64,000 nucleotides of DNA, taken from the NCBI RefSeq assembly GCF_006345805.1, contig NC_043010.1, positions 34,224,001-34,288,000 of the forward strand, given 5' to 3'. Numbering within the stretch: position 1 is the stretch's first letter; the number at the start of each line of letters is the position of its first letter. Positions 36,208 through 49,501 of this stretch are shown here, piece after piece. The notes under the pieces were generated by a model. The model ran no database searches. It was not told the origin of the DNA and saw only the letters and a list, made by a program, of their open reading frames with translations. The DNA comes from Octopus sinensis (Eukaryota). The translations under genes and the position numbers were made by a program.

Positions 36208-36730
36208 CCGTAAATCCTCGAGTATAATCCGCATTTTACCCCAAAATTTAAAGGTCAAAATCCCTAGTGCGTGCTATATACGAGGTTTAAGATGAAAATT
36301 ATTTTCTAAGCAATGTCCGAGTCTGTATTTGTTGTCCGTAAATGTTTATTCAGACGCATTTTGTGATGTCGGGCGCGAAAATACCTTAAGCTAAGCCTGA
36401 AAGCAATGAAGTCATAAAAGAATCATCCATAACATGCAGTAAGCAACATTTGTTAAACGTTATTGCTGTTATTACTGTTATTTCTTTATTTTCTGCAGAC
36501 AAAATGCCCCAAAAAGTAACACGTTTGCATTATGTTATATATCCAATAATAATAATAAAGGACGTTACCGTATACAGTTTTACAAACCAAGGACGTTATA
36601 TAGACCTATTTGACTCAAGTTAGAGAAGGGGTGTGTATTATACACAAGGTTTAGGTTTTTCAGAGGTACAGCTCCCTAAAAATCCCCTGTGTATTATACT
36701 CAAGGGCTGACTATACATGAGGATTTACGG
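36208..36730. mobile_element. pogo/Tigger-like MITE
   Basis: TA|ccgtaaatcctc ... gaggatttacgg|TA. Confidence 0.8.
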
Positions 36731-36732
36731 TA

Positions 36733-36920
36733 CACAAGACCAGCAGTTTCGGGAGAGGGGGAAAGTCGATTACATCAACCCCAGTGCTCAACTGGTACTC
36801 ATTTTACCGACCCCGAAAGTCGACCTAGGCGGTATTTGAACTCAGAATATAAAATACGGACGAAATGTCGCTAAGCAGTTTGCCCGGCGAGATAACGATT
36901 CTGCCAGCTCGTCGCCGCCT
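36733..36920 (-). mobile_element. SINE family A
   Basis: Reverse complement of the head and central block. Confidence 0.75.
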
Positions 36921-36949
36921 TAGAAGTGATTATAATTATTAGGGTTATT

Positions 36950-37075
36950 ATTAAGGCGGTAAGTTGATAGAATCGTTTGCATGCCAGGCGAAATGCTTAG
37001 CAATATTTCGTCCGTTTTTACGTCCTGAGTTCAAATTCCACCGAGGTCGACTTTGCTTTTCATCCTTTCAAGGTG
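36950..37075 (+). mobile_element. SINE family A, 5' half
   Basis: aaggcggtaagttgatagaatcg...gaggtcgactttgcttttcatcc. Confidence 0.75.
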
Positions 37076-38063
37076 GTGATGAGTTAAATGTGTAATTAAT
37101 TTTTTTAACTAAGTTTTTTTTTTTCTCTGTTACTGAACCTATCAGTAACGCTTTCGCGTGATTAGTTGAAGAGAAAGGCGAAGAGCGAGAGAAAAAGGGG
37201 TGAAAAGAAAAGCACATTATATCATAGACTACATTATCGAATTACATACATTTTAAGAATGGCAGGGTGTGGTTTGAGGGAGACCAATAGGGCATTGGGT
37301 GGCTCTAGTAGAGACCACCCTGTTGTGACATTCAGGTCTCCAGTCTGAGGATAATTTTTCTGACAGTTTCAACTATCTGATATATATCGATTAGATTTCT
37401 TGAATGTACCAATGTACACACAGAGTAACCGCATCAAGTCATATAGATCAGCGTTTTTCAAACTGTAGGTCCCGAACCTTCTTCAGTGGGTCGCGAGATA
37501 AATAAAATCGGTCACGACAAAAAAGTTTTCAAAATGCTGATATAGATCGTATCTCGATAGGGTATATTTTAGGTTAGCGGATTGAAGTAGTGTCGAGTAT
37601 TTAAAGTTTCGACACAGATCACAAATTTATCCGTACAGGCGATTTAGATAGATGTGAATAGGGACCCAACTACTGATCGCATCATTTCTGGTGCGTAACA
37701 GATTAACAAACTAGTTAAGGATTATCACTTTATTAGTAGAAAATTATAGTGTAGGATTTTTAGTTGTTCCAGTATGTTCACGTTTTTTAAAAAAAAAGAT
37801 GACAGTTTCTGGACTTCAAGGATGGAATATTTCTTCCATAACACAATTCTTTGATTTCTTTCTTTCCAAGCAGACGTTTGAGCTATCTATGCAGTACTAC
37901 TTGGAAATGGAAACATTGTTAGTGTTTGTTTCTGACGCTGCTGCTAATGTCATTGTTGTTTAGCACCAAGCGGCCTCGATCCAGTAAATCTATGGTTGTC
38001 CTTTTTCGTCGATGGTTGACGGTATTTCTGTTTCCAGAAGTGCCTAACTCTAAGTACACTTAC

Positions 38064-38081
38064 CATTTAATCATGGATACC
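38064..38081 (-). other. Candidate 18-nt micro-exon
   Basis: Minus strand tactgat-ttgtctttccttcgTAG|GGTATCCATGATTAAATG|GTAAGT. Confidence 0.35.
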
Positions 38082-38267
38082 CTACGAAGGAAAGACAAAT
38101 CAGTACATTCGGAGCATCCAAGGAACACAGGTGATGTCAGATATTAAGTATAACCGTACTAATCCGCCATAAGTTCTTTCTTTCCGCATTTTCTGTAGAG
38201 TATTTACTCCCTTAGTCCTTTTTAAACGCTTAATAAATTACCATCCCGCCCACTCCCTGTGAAGGTG

Positions 38268-38610
38268 CATGGCTCAGTGGTTAGAGCGTCGGGTTTACAA
38301 TCATGAGGTTGTGAGTTTGATTCTTGAACTCGAGCTGAGTATTATGCTCTTGAACAAGGCACTTTATTTCACGTTGCTCCAGTTCACTCAGCTGTAGAAA
38401 TGAGTTGCAATGTCACTGGTGCCAGGCTGTATCGGCCTTTGCCTTTCCCTTGGATAACATCGGTGGGGTGGAGAGAGAAGACTGGTATACATGGGCGACT
38501 GCTGGTCTTTCACAAACAACCTTGCTCGGACTTGTTCCTCCTCCGAGAACTTTCTCGGTAAAATTCCATGGTCATTCGTGACCAAAGGAGTCCTTTCCCC
38601 TTATTCTTAC
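38268..38610 (+). mobile_element. SINE family C
   Basis: Homologous to 12778-13080. Confidence 0.8.
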
Positions 38611-39814
38611 CCTTTAAATTACCCCCACAAGGCAGCAAGGGCTTATTGTTATAATGGGCAAGGCTTGTGCAGGGCCAGTCTCATTCTCACGTCCTTCGAA
38701 CTTGTATCGCTCAAGTGCAATAAGAGTTCCACACGATCAGCAGTAATCAGGATACGGGAATTGTATGGAGTTATCTTTTCTTAGCTAGGCAGTTAAAGAG
38801 CTGAAGGGCTTCATCTGTCCTGGGTCCGTTGGGATGTCTATGAGGGACCGTCTTCCAGTAGCAATTTCATGACATGCTAATTAACCGATAGCTGTGACCC
38901 TGACATGTTTCACTTACTCTGGGGCAGAGTAGACCTGAGAGCAGAAGGGGCTAAGACGTAGTGGTTCCACATTCCTCAAAACTCTGGAACTCCTGAACCA
39001 GGGATTCACAACCAGATGCTATAAACTTATAATCAAAGACATTTCAACTGTCCCACTTTTTTTCAGGCAAAGTGTATATAGGACATTGTCATCATCTTAA
39101 GTGTCGTTTGTAATTTTAAAGACTGTAAGGTGTGATTTAATGGATATTTGGCTGCTAAATTTAGCAGATTTAATGACCGAGCGGGGGGTCCCCTTGTTGG
39201 TTCTTCAGATTCCCTCAGTGACTGGCTGTTGTTGCTGTTGCTATTATTGGATAAAACCGCTAAAAGTTTGTGTGTGTGTGTGTGTGAGTGTGTGTATGTG
39301 TGCGTGCAAACGTGTGTGCGTGTATGTATGGAAATATTTTTTCTCTCTCTTTAATTTCAAACTCTACTATTTTTGCCAATTAGCTCAGAATCTTTACATT
39401 CGGAATAAAGAAAAAAAATTATATTGAGAAAACAGAGAATGAGTGAGTGAAGGAGAAAAATATATGACGCGGGAAGAGAGAAAAGAGAGTGAAAGAAAGA
39501 AAACTAATACAAAAACAAAAACTAAAAACGAAAACCAAAAATTTCCATACATTTTTATTTTCGTTGTGATGTGAACTATATTGATGAGAGACCAATATAG
39601 ATCTTTTGACTGAAAAATATTTCGAGAAGAGAGGAAAAACTGAATTAATCTATCAGCTGACGCTAAAGATCCGTTTACGGTGCAATGGAGAGGGGGGGGG
39701 AGAGCAAATAATAAATAAATGAATTGAAAAAGTAAAATTATGCTAGTTTACAAAGATAGACAACAAAATTCAATCATTATGTGCTTTCCACCATCACCAC
39801 TTAATAAATATAGC

Positions 39815-39846
<32 letters not shown>

Positions 39847-40599
39847 TCACTCGTTTTCTTTCTCTGTGTTTCTGTCTGTCTGTCTCTCTCTATCTTTCCC
39901 TGTCTCTATCGTTCTCTGTCTCTCTTTCTCACTCTCTCTGTCTCTCTCTATCTCTCTCTTTCTCACTCTCCCTCGTTTTCTCTCGCTCAATCGTTCTGTC
40001 TATCCCTCTGTGTTGCATATTCGTTTCTATATAGATTTAACCTTCGGGAAAGCGGTTAAAATATCAATTTTTTTTTCATCTCAACTTTCATTGTCAAAAT
40101 TCATTGTTCCCCGTTAAGCCGAAGCGTTTCATAAACAATTGACTATTATTTTGTCTTGGCCCAGCTAGCTCACGTATGAATTTAGTTGTCAATCTTAACA
40201 CGCTTACATACACGCGTGCCCACACAAATATACACACATACATACATACATACATACATACATACATACATACATACATACACATTCGCGCACACACACA
40301 CACACACACATATATATATGCATACATATATGTGTGTGTGCGTGCGTGTGTCAATTATACGGCAACTAGCACGCACTCTCATACATGCTTACGCGAGCGT
40401 GTTAGAGTGAAAGTGTGTGTGTGTGTGCGTGTATGTATATATATATATATATACATACACACGCTCCTAATAAAATATAACACATATTAGCTCTCGTATA
40501 ACATACCATAAAACAAAAACTTAGGTTTCAGATGTTGATACACACACACACACATACATACATACATAAATACACACACACACACATACATACATTCAT

Positions 40600-40633
<34 letters not shown>

Positions 40634-41668
40634 CTGTGTGTGCGCGCGTGTATGTGTGTATGTTTTGTCTCTACTCTTGCCGTTCTGAATATCTAAACAA
40701 TTTCAGAAAAGAAAAGAGGGGAAGGGGAAGGGGAAGAAAAGAAGAAAAAATATGCGGTGTTACTACGGAAACTATCAAATCTCTCCTTTAAGGCATTTTG
40801 GAATCCTTATTTGGCTGTTTATTCCACTCACCCACCCATCTACCCACCTACCTCACTTCTAAAATTCTACATCACATACGGCTCAGCCCTGGTGGCGGTA
40901 GTGGATGTGGAGTGTTTTAGAAGCAGGCAGGCTGGTGGAAGCGATGGCATTGGTGGTGATGGTAACATTAAAAAAAAAAAAACAAAAACCAAAAAAAAAA
41001 CCTGCTTCCTTCCTCTTTTCTCACGTAACACTGTCATGTTTCCCATACAGAACATTTTTAGCAATTAAGATCACTGATAAATGAATGCTATTGCTACTGC
41101 TGCTGCTGTTGTTGTTGTTGTTGTTATTTCCCTCTCCCCTTCCCTCATCCTTCCCCTCCTTCCTACTTCCTAGTCCTTCCTTTCCTCCTCCTCCTCCTTT
41201 CCCTTCCAGATCTTTTTGTACTTCTTCACCGTTTCCTTTTTCTGATTTCTTCGTTTATATTTTCACTTCTTACTTTTTCTTCTACTTTTTCCTTATTTCT
41301 TTTCTTCTTTTCCTTTTCTTTTTTTCTTGTCAAGGGCCAGACATGGTGGAGTTGAACCTGAGAAGGAGGGCAACAGATTTTAGTCTGCCACCTGTTTTAG
41401 GCTATGCTAGTATTTGAACTGAGAACGCAAACAGCCGCAGCAGCATGTCTTGCAATGAGTCCCGTCTGATGCTTTAACAATTTCTGCCAGCCCTCCACAC
41501 TAGACTGGTACTTGATCTGTAGATTCCAGAAGGATGAAAGGCATAGTTAACCTCAGCAGGAACTGAAGTTACAACACAATAAGCCAGAATTTTCAAATTG
41601 GTTACAGTGTTGTCTCCCTTGCTTTCATTAACGTTAATGGTTTCACTTCGTTTACGAGTATAATTTTA

Positions 41669-42941
41669 TCAGATCATCCCATAAGTTCTGTCCGAATTTT
41701 GAACAAAGAAAACAATGTTATATTTAATTGAAATTTAATCATCAATGTACTTTCCTTGATTATCTGTGACTTCCTTCCATCTATTTACAATCTTTTTAAT
41801 CGCATCAATGTAAAACTCTTTTGATTTCAAAGTGAAGAACTCTGAAATGTCAGTTTCGACCTCCTCCTGGCTTGCGGAAGTTATGTCCCCCAAATGATTC
41901 TGTAAACTACGAAACACATGGTAGTCTGAAGGAGCCAGGTCGGGAGAATAAGGTGGATGAGGAATTTTTTTCCCAATCAAGCTCTTTGATCTTCTGTGAT
42001 GTGATCTTTGTAGTGTGGAGTCATGCATTGTCCAGATGAAACATCACTCCTTTTCGATTCAATAATGCGGGTCTTTTTTCCTTCAAAGCTTGGTTCAAAC
42101 ACTCTAATTGCTGACAGTAGACTTGAACATTGATTGTTGCATTAGGTGGTAACAATTCAAAGTGAATTACTCCTTTGCAATCCCACCAGATAGAGAGAAG
42201 AACCTTTTTCCCATGAAGTCCCCTTCTTGATTGTGGTTGAGCTTTTTCCCTTTTACCAAGCCACTGTTTATGACATTTAACATTTCAATAGAAGATCCAT
42301 TTTTCGTCACCAGTCACAAGTTTTTACAAAAAGGGTGAAATGAGTTGACGAGAATGGAGAGAAGAGCAGATGTCAACTCGAGATTTGCGGTTGCTTTTGG
42401 ACAACTCATGAGGCACTCATTTTCCAAGTTGTTGAAGAACCTTTCCAAGTTGTTGAAGATGATGATGAACAGTTATATGGTTTGAACTAAGCTTTATTGC
42501 CAATTCTTCAACTGATAATGCAGGATTTTCTTCAAGTAATGCCTCAAGGAGCTTATCATCAAACGTTCTATTCAATCTTCATCTTCAAGGCTGAAATCTC
42601 CACTTCTGAATTTTGCAAACCATCTTCTGCAAGTTCTTTCATTCAAGCACTCTTTCCCATAAACTGAGTGTATGTTTCGAGTTGCTTCAGCTGCAGAGTT
42701 TCCTTTTTTGTACTCATAAAGCATTATGTGCCTCAAATGCTCTTTGGATACTTCCATGTTAGAAAGGGTTTTAATCAAAGAAATTTTAATTCTATTATTC
42801 TGTAAAATAATATTTAATTAGTTTAAATGCACACAAATGCATAAAAATAATTTTTAATTCCATTAGACATTCTAAAATACTAATAAATTTCATTTAATTT
42901 TAAAAAAGGTAAAATCGGACAGAACTAATGGGATGACCTAA
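41669..42941 (-). mobile_element. mariner (DD34D-type) transposon, decayed
   Basis: TIRs tcagatcatcccataagttctgtccg / cggacagaactaatgggatgacctaa with TA flanks. Confidence 0.9.
41735..42757 (-). pseudogene. mariner transposase pseudogene
   Basis: MEVSKEHLRHIMLYEY...RWFAKFRSGDFSLEDE; HPPYSPDLAPSDYHVF; internal stops and frameshifts. Confidence 0.9.
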
Positions 42942-43239
42942 TAATTGATTAAAAATTCTTTTTGCTCATTACATCAAATATGTTTGATCCCCAGTAAATA
43001 TTTCTTTATAATGCAGAAGGTATTCTGTGAGATTTTCCAAGTCATGTTTCTTTTTACAACTGGATGCCTTTCCTTTTTTATGACTGGATCACCAATCACT
43101 TTATAGAGTTGACTTGGTGCATTTTACTGTGACACCAGCACTAGAAAATTCATCCCCCAACAAGATCAAAGAGCCTCTTCTATTCAATACCCCACTTGCT
43201 TGTTCTTTCCTTGGTATAGCTTATACAATGATGTAATTT

Positions 43240-43610
43240 GTATGGGTGACAACAGCTGTGTAAAGAAGTGGTGATCTCTAACAGTGAAGGGAACCTGTGG
43301 AAGACTTTGACTCAGAAAAACATAGGACAAGGTGGTGAGGCATGATCTTTGAACGTTGGATCTCACAAAAGTGATGACAAGTGATTGTGGCCTTTGGTGA
43401 TTTACTGTGCTTGAGAAGAATCGTCAAGCCAAGTGAAATTGTAATTGTGGCCAATGCCGGTGGCACAGGGGAAACACCTGTGCTGGTGACATTTAAAAGG
43501 CACCCACTACACTCTTGGACTGGCTGGCGTTAGGAAGGGCATTCAGCAGTAGAAACCAAGCCAAAATCACAGAATTAGAGTCTGGTGCAGCTCTCTGGCT
43601 TACCAGTTTC
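43240..43610 (+). mobile_element. Older RTE 3' end
   Basis: Degraded VKGTCG...KT..KVVRHDL followed by the ggcgttaggaagggc tail. Confidence 0.65.
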
Positions 43611-43790
43611 ATTCCCCACCTGGACGGGACACTAATCTGTCGCAGGGTCACTCTCATTTGCCAGCTAAGTGGACTGGAGCAACATGAAATGAAGTGTTTT
43701 GCTCAAGAACACAACACGTTGCCCAGTTCAGGTATCGAAGTCACAATCATGAGTCCAGCACCCTAACCACTAACTAAGCCATGCACCTCC
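43610..43790 (-). mobile_element. SINE family C-like fragment
   Basis: gaagtgttttgctcaagaacacaacac...ctaaccactaactaagccatg. Confidence 0.6.
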
Positions 43791-44294
43791 ACCCTTAAGT
43801 ATTTAATTATTCAAAATAATTAGGGGTTGGCATGGCTGTGTATAGGCACAGGCATTGCTGTGTGGTTATCAACTTTGCTTCTCAACTACATGGCTTCAGG
43901 TTCAGTTCTACTGTGCTGCACCTTCAGCATGCATTTTCTACAATAACCCTTAGCTGATCAATGCCTTATACATATTTTTCTCAACCGATCAATGAGCCGA
44001 CTGAGTAAACCTATCAATAGCAAACCTATAATGTTTACTGGAAACAGCTATTAGTCAAATTTACTATAATAAAGGAAAATATGACCATTGTTTATGTGTT
44101 GTTTTGTATATCACTCTGTGTAAAATCCAGTATAACTGGAATACAACCATTGACTTATAATGGATGCTGCAACAAGAACACATGGAGTTCTTCACTAATC
44201 TAAACAATATTGTTAGCCTGGTGTACTAACAGTGAGCTTATATTGTATTTTGCCAATATTGATAATCCTTCATTAATAACTATACATATATCAG

Positions 44295-44420
44295 CATCAT
44301 CATCATCATTTAATGTCTGTTATCCATGCTGGCATGGGTTGGATGGTTTAATCAGGCTGGCATGGTCTGGCATGGTTTTCTATGGCTTGATGCCCTTCCT
44401 AACACCAACCACTCTGAGTA
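44295..44420 (-). mobile_element. RTE-type 3' tail
   Basis: catcatcatttaatgtc...gatgcccttcctaacaccaaccactc. Confidence 0.65.
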
Positions 44421-44544
44421 AATTTGACTTACAGCTGTTTCCAGTAGTCATTATAGTTTTGTTATTGATAGGTTTACTCACTCAACCCATTGATTGGTTG
44501 AGAAAAATTGAATGACCTAGAAAGTTGATGTTACTTTTGTCAGA

Positions 44545-44779
44545 GTCATTTACTCTTTACTCTTTACTCTTTTACTTGTTTCAGTCATTTGACTGCGGCC
44601 ATGCTGGAGCACCACCTTTAGTCAAGCAAATCGACCCCTGGACTTATTCTTTGTAAGCCCAGTACTTATTCTGTCGGTCTCTTTTGCCGAACCGCTAAGT
44701 GACGGGGACGTAAACACACCAGCATCGGTTGTCAAGCAATGCTAGGGGGACAAACACAGACACACAAACATACACACAA

Positions 44780-44815
<36 letters not shown>

Positions 44816-45975
44816 CGAGAATGGCTGAAGATAGTTGTGTGCAAAAGTGCTACACCCTAGCAGTTGAGGGAACCTGTGGAAGAGGTAGACCCAGGAAAAC
44901 CTGGGACGAAGTGGTGAAGCACGACCTACGAACTTTAGGTCTCACTAGAGACCGAGACCTATGGAAGTATGCTGTGCGTGAGAAGACCCGGCAAGACTAG
45001 TCAGGCCATAACCCGTGGCCCCTACCTGGGACGTAGTCAGTCCACCTGTGCATACCTTCCTTCTTGTGACACTTGTGAAGACCTGTTGAGGCAAGTGAAA
45101 ATCAAATCAAAAAAAAAAATCAAACAAAATCAAAATAGATGAACATCAATGGAATTTGTATCTTTGTGGTACCAGTGCCGGTGGCACACAAGAAAACCAT
45201 CCGAACGTGGCCGTAGCCAGTACCGCACCGACTGGCCTCCATGCTGTGGGCACGTAACAATCATCATCCAATCGTGGCCGATCGCCAGCCTAATCTGGCT
45301 CCTGTGTCGGTGGCACAAAAAAAAACCACCATCCGAGCGTGGTCGTCTGCTAGCCTTGTCTGGCACCTGTGTCGGTGCTACATAAAAACACCATCCGAGC
45401 GTGGCCGTTCGCCAGCCTCGTCTGGCACCTGTGTCGGTGGCACATAAAAACACCATCCGAGCGTGGTCGTCTGCTGGCCTTGTCTGGCACCTGTGTCAGT
45501 GGCACATAAAAACACCATCCGAGCGTGGCCGTTCGCCAGCTTCGTCTGGCACCTGTGTCGGTGGCACATAAAAACACCATCCGAGCGTGGCCGTTCGCCA
45601 GCCTCGTCTGGCACCTGTGACGGTGGCACATAAAATCACCCACTACACTCTCGGAGTGGTTGGCGTTAGGAAGGGCATCCAGCTGTAGAAACACTGCCAG
45701 ATCTGACTGGCCTGGTGCAGCCTTCGGGCTCCCCAGACCCCAGTTGAACCGTCCAACCCATGCTAGCATGGAAAGCGGACGTTAAATGATGATGATGATG
45801 ATATATATACGACAGGCTTCTTTCAGTTTCCGTCTACCAAATCCACTCACAAGGCATTGGTTGGCCTGAGGCTATAGTAGAAGACACTTGCCCAAGATGT
45901 CACGCAGTGGGACTGAACCTGGAACCATGTGGTTGGTTAGCAAGCTACTTACCACACAGCCACTCCTGCACCTAA
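44545..45975 (-). mobile_element. SINE family B split at its internal (TA)n by an RTE fragment
   Basis: Tail 44545-44790 and head 45805-45975, both minus strand. Confidence 0.8.
44813..45802 (+). mobile_element. RTE LINE 3' end with a 62-bp minisatellite in its 3' UTR
   Basis: VEGTCGRGRPRKTWDEVVKHDL...KTRQD*; five 62-bp units 45301-45613; (GAT)n tail. Confidence 0.85.
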
Positions 45976-46205
45976 AGAAATTTTAAAAAGTAGTCAAAAG
46001 TGTTTAAACAGTTCATAAAATATGCACAGGAAGGGAACAGTGAATGAATCATTTGCGAAAAAAATAATCATCTACCAAATTTCATTGGTTAATCTAAAGC
46101 TATATAAGTAGGCATTTGCTCATGATGCTATAATGTGGGATTGGATTTTAAACCATGTGATTCCAAAGAGAACTGTTCACTTAGCCTCACAGCTATGCCT
46201 GAATC

Positions 46206-46380
46206 CAGAGGCATAGCCTCCAAAGTTAGTGTGAGTGAACACATAAAAAAAAAAGATGCCGTGATACATACCAAACAATTTTTATCTCATTGATTATACA
46301 TTTTATAGAAGACGCCAATTTTAAAAACTGTGCTTGGGGGAGCAGTCACTCCCCTTGTTTCCCTATTAGTTACGCCACTG
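46206..46380. mobile_element. Small hAT-like MITE, degenerate
   Basis: cagaggcatagc / gttacgccactg ends; flanks cctgaatc vs cctgcacc (6/8 match). Confidence 0.4.
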
Positions 46381-47439
46381 CCTGCACCCTTCTTATATAA
46401 AATTAGTTCATATGCTATATGCTGTAGTTTATAATTTTGCTCAAATGCTCATTCCAAAATTCATAGTTTATGCTTTGTTCTGAATGTTGGAAGGCTATGC
46501 TTCACTGATATGGTTAGAATAAAACTGAAACAAATACTGGAGTTGCCATTCATCCATATTTGGCAGAAAAATTAAAATAATTTCAGTGATTTGACTTAAT
46601 TTTGTTTCTCCAACCCCATTGCATAATTATCTATAATTACATTTTTAATGCTTTTTCTCTTGATTATATATGTTAACACCAACTTAACTATTGATTTTCA
46701 TATGGATGCCATCATTGAATCATTCATTCTCTGAAATGATTGTATTCCTCTATGCTCACCATTATATAATATTGTATATCTACTTAGCGGTTCTTTCATC
46801 TCAATTCAGCATGTATGATGAAGTCTAAGCTTTGCTAATGAATAATTTTCATCAGTGACTAATATTGTTCAAACAGCGTAGTTAGCTTTTTAATGACACC
46901 TACAACCCCTGCATTAAACATGTGAGCACTAATTTATCTAGTGATACATATATATATAAATACATACATACATGCATACATACATATAGTTATGTGACAG
47001 TCATAATTCTAACTGTAAGAAGCTCATAATATCATAATATCAAAACTAATCAAAATTGTAATCTTTCTGATATTTAGTTGGATCTTCAAGTTCTTTTTAA
47101 TTGGTTATATCTCACATAGTATAATCTAAAATACGAGTCTCTTTTGTTCATTATTCTTTAAATCTTAGATAAACACAAATGTTCTACAAACAGGAAAAGT
47201 ATTATTGATTTAGTTATGATTTCTATATAATTTTGTTTACTTTTGTAAGAGTTTGTTGTTGAGTTTTGTAGTTTTCCTTGAAGTTAAAATCAAACCCAGC
47301 TCTGAATCTGGAAGAGACCATTCCTCTCTTTTTCTGTTTTATTTTCTTTAAACATAGTGTCTCCAAGAGTATATTATCTAATGTATCCTCTATATTAAAA
47401 ACAGTAGTTTGTGATTCAAGGAGTAATCTTTCCAACAAC

Positions 47440-47660
47440 AACCTAAGGCACCTTTTTGAATTCCATGTCTAACACTTGCTGACATGCTTACAAAATCAAA
47501 AAAAACAATACAGCACCCATGACTTTTGGAAACATATTTTCATACTCAGAATTACTAAAGCATGGAATAAACTACCCACATCAGTTGTTGGCTGTTGGGA
47601 CACTGCATCCTTCAAAACTTCCATGCTTCCTGAAATTCGCCAACAGTACACCCGATGATG
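47440..47660 (+). mobile_element. CR1-clade LINE 3' end
   Basis: ...QYSTHDFWKHIFILRITKAWNKLPTSVV...ASFKTSMLPEIRQ. Confidence 0.75.
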
Positions 47661-47705
47661 AGTAACAACTCATTCACTATTCACTTTCTGTGCATTATTC
47701 TATGT

Positions 47706-48215
47706 CAGGGGTGGGGAAACATTTTTGTGCAGTGGGTAAAAGTTTCCCCCCAAAAAGATCCATGGGTGGATCACAACTCCAAACTCTTATATCTATGTAA
47801 ATCTTGTATATATCTATGTATAATTTGATATACATTAATAAAGATGACTTTAACACATTAAATTAACATGTAACGTCTTCATTAATGCTGCCACTGAATT
47901 TGGGACGTTTATATTACTTATGAGGTATTCTATATTTTTCAGCTAGAGTGTAGTTGGATCTCAAATGGGTGGTACAAACCTAGCAATATGTGTTTTATAA
48001 TGAAAACAAAATTTCCATCCAAATGGCAATTGCTGGACGATTTTTTGTTTGAGTCTAACTGTTTTAAGTCATAGTGGAAATGCGACCTATATCGCAAATA
48101 GGCATATGAATATTGTATAAATTTTATAATTGAAAAATTGACTATATTTTGTACATACAAATATACCAGTCAGCAGGCGCAATAAAATGGGCTTGCGGGG
48201 GTCTTCCCACCACTG
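47706..48215. mobile_element. hAT MITE
   Basis: caggggtgggga / tcccaccactg ends; exact 8-bp TSD ttctatgt (47698-47705, 48216-48223). Confidence 0.85.
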
Positions 48216-48314
48216 TTCTATGTACTGTTCATACATTTTTGTTTACATTTTCTGAGTTGTAGTGCATTTGAGCACTGTATACCATCGTTTCATTACTATT
48301 ATTATTATTATTAT

Positions 48315-48870
48315 TGAGTGAGAGAGCAGTTCATGCCATCAAAGTGACACTGGGGTAAAATATACGAAGCCCAATATACCCATCATGACTACCCGTCTGA
48401 TAAAGGTACACCAGGCACATGCATCACAACCATATGTGCGCGACATGGTGATCTCATATCAAGATAAACAGCACATGACCTTGCAGGTGGGGCTCAGTTA
48501 GAATTTTCTTCAGGTTGAGTAGCCCATCCCGCTCAAACGGTCCCTGAATAAGGGTCGTTTAAGGATGTTGAAAGAACCACCCATGTTTCCAGAGGTGAAC
48601 TATTCAAACCCCAAAGAATCCCTCTCAACACATGGCTATGATGCTCCCCCACTACTTCTGCTCGTGATCAGAGATGCACATATCGTCAGCCACTAAAGGA
48701 CATGCTCAACTGGTTAAGGTCAAACAACTGACAAGCAAATCTATGGTATTGAGCAGAATATTTGCTGTAGCCCATCTTTTATACCAAGACAAAACAATGT
48801 ACATGATAACACTTCCAATCAGTTAAGATCAGAAGCCATGAGAGCCTCTGCCTGGTACTGCATCAGGGCA
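48315..48870 (-). mobile_element. Unclassified non-coding interspersed repeat between (ATT)n tracts
   Basis: Complex ~555-bp block with sharp boundaries at (ATT)n on both sides; no coding signal recognised. Confidence 0.4.
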
Positions 48871-48903
48871 TTTATTATTATTATTATTATTATTATTATA
48901 TTA

Positions 48904-48937
<34 letters not shown>

Positions 48938-49501
48938 TTCTCTTTATCATGGGCTTTGTTGGAGCTCCTGTAGTCTTGTATGAACAGCATATTATTGTTG
49001 TTGTTGTTGTTAATTCTAGCAGTTTGAGTTGCCACACGGAGCCTCCTCATTGGTCTTAAAGAGTAATGAGAATAGTTTAGGTGTGAGATTAAAGCTCCGT
49101 GCTGTCTTCAGTTCTTCGAAAAGATTTTAAAAAACCCTATCTTTTAAATTTTAAATTCAACTTCAATATTTAACATGCTGTTGATAATATATGTATATCT
49201 ATATATATTTTCATTTCAGCCATTTTTACAGTCCTTTTTCCATACAGGCATCATTTGTATGGAAACTTATTTGAGGCTGTATTTTGTGACTGGAAGCCCT
49301 GAAGCCCTCCCTCCTTGTTGCTAATCTTTACATGTTTCTCAAGTAAAGAAGATTTATATGTATATATATATGTTAAATTATATATATATATTCACACACA
49401 CAGACACACACGCACACACACACACACGCACATACATAATACATACATACATACATACATGCATTCATATATTCATGCATGCATACATACACACACACAT
49501 A

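Noticed and set aside
45301-45640. Regularly spaced repeats resembling a CRISPR array
   Set aside because: There are no unique spacers; the whole 62-bp unit repeats, inside a eukaryotic RTE 3' UTR, with no cas genes.
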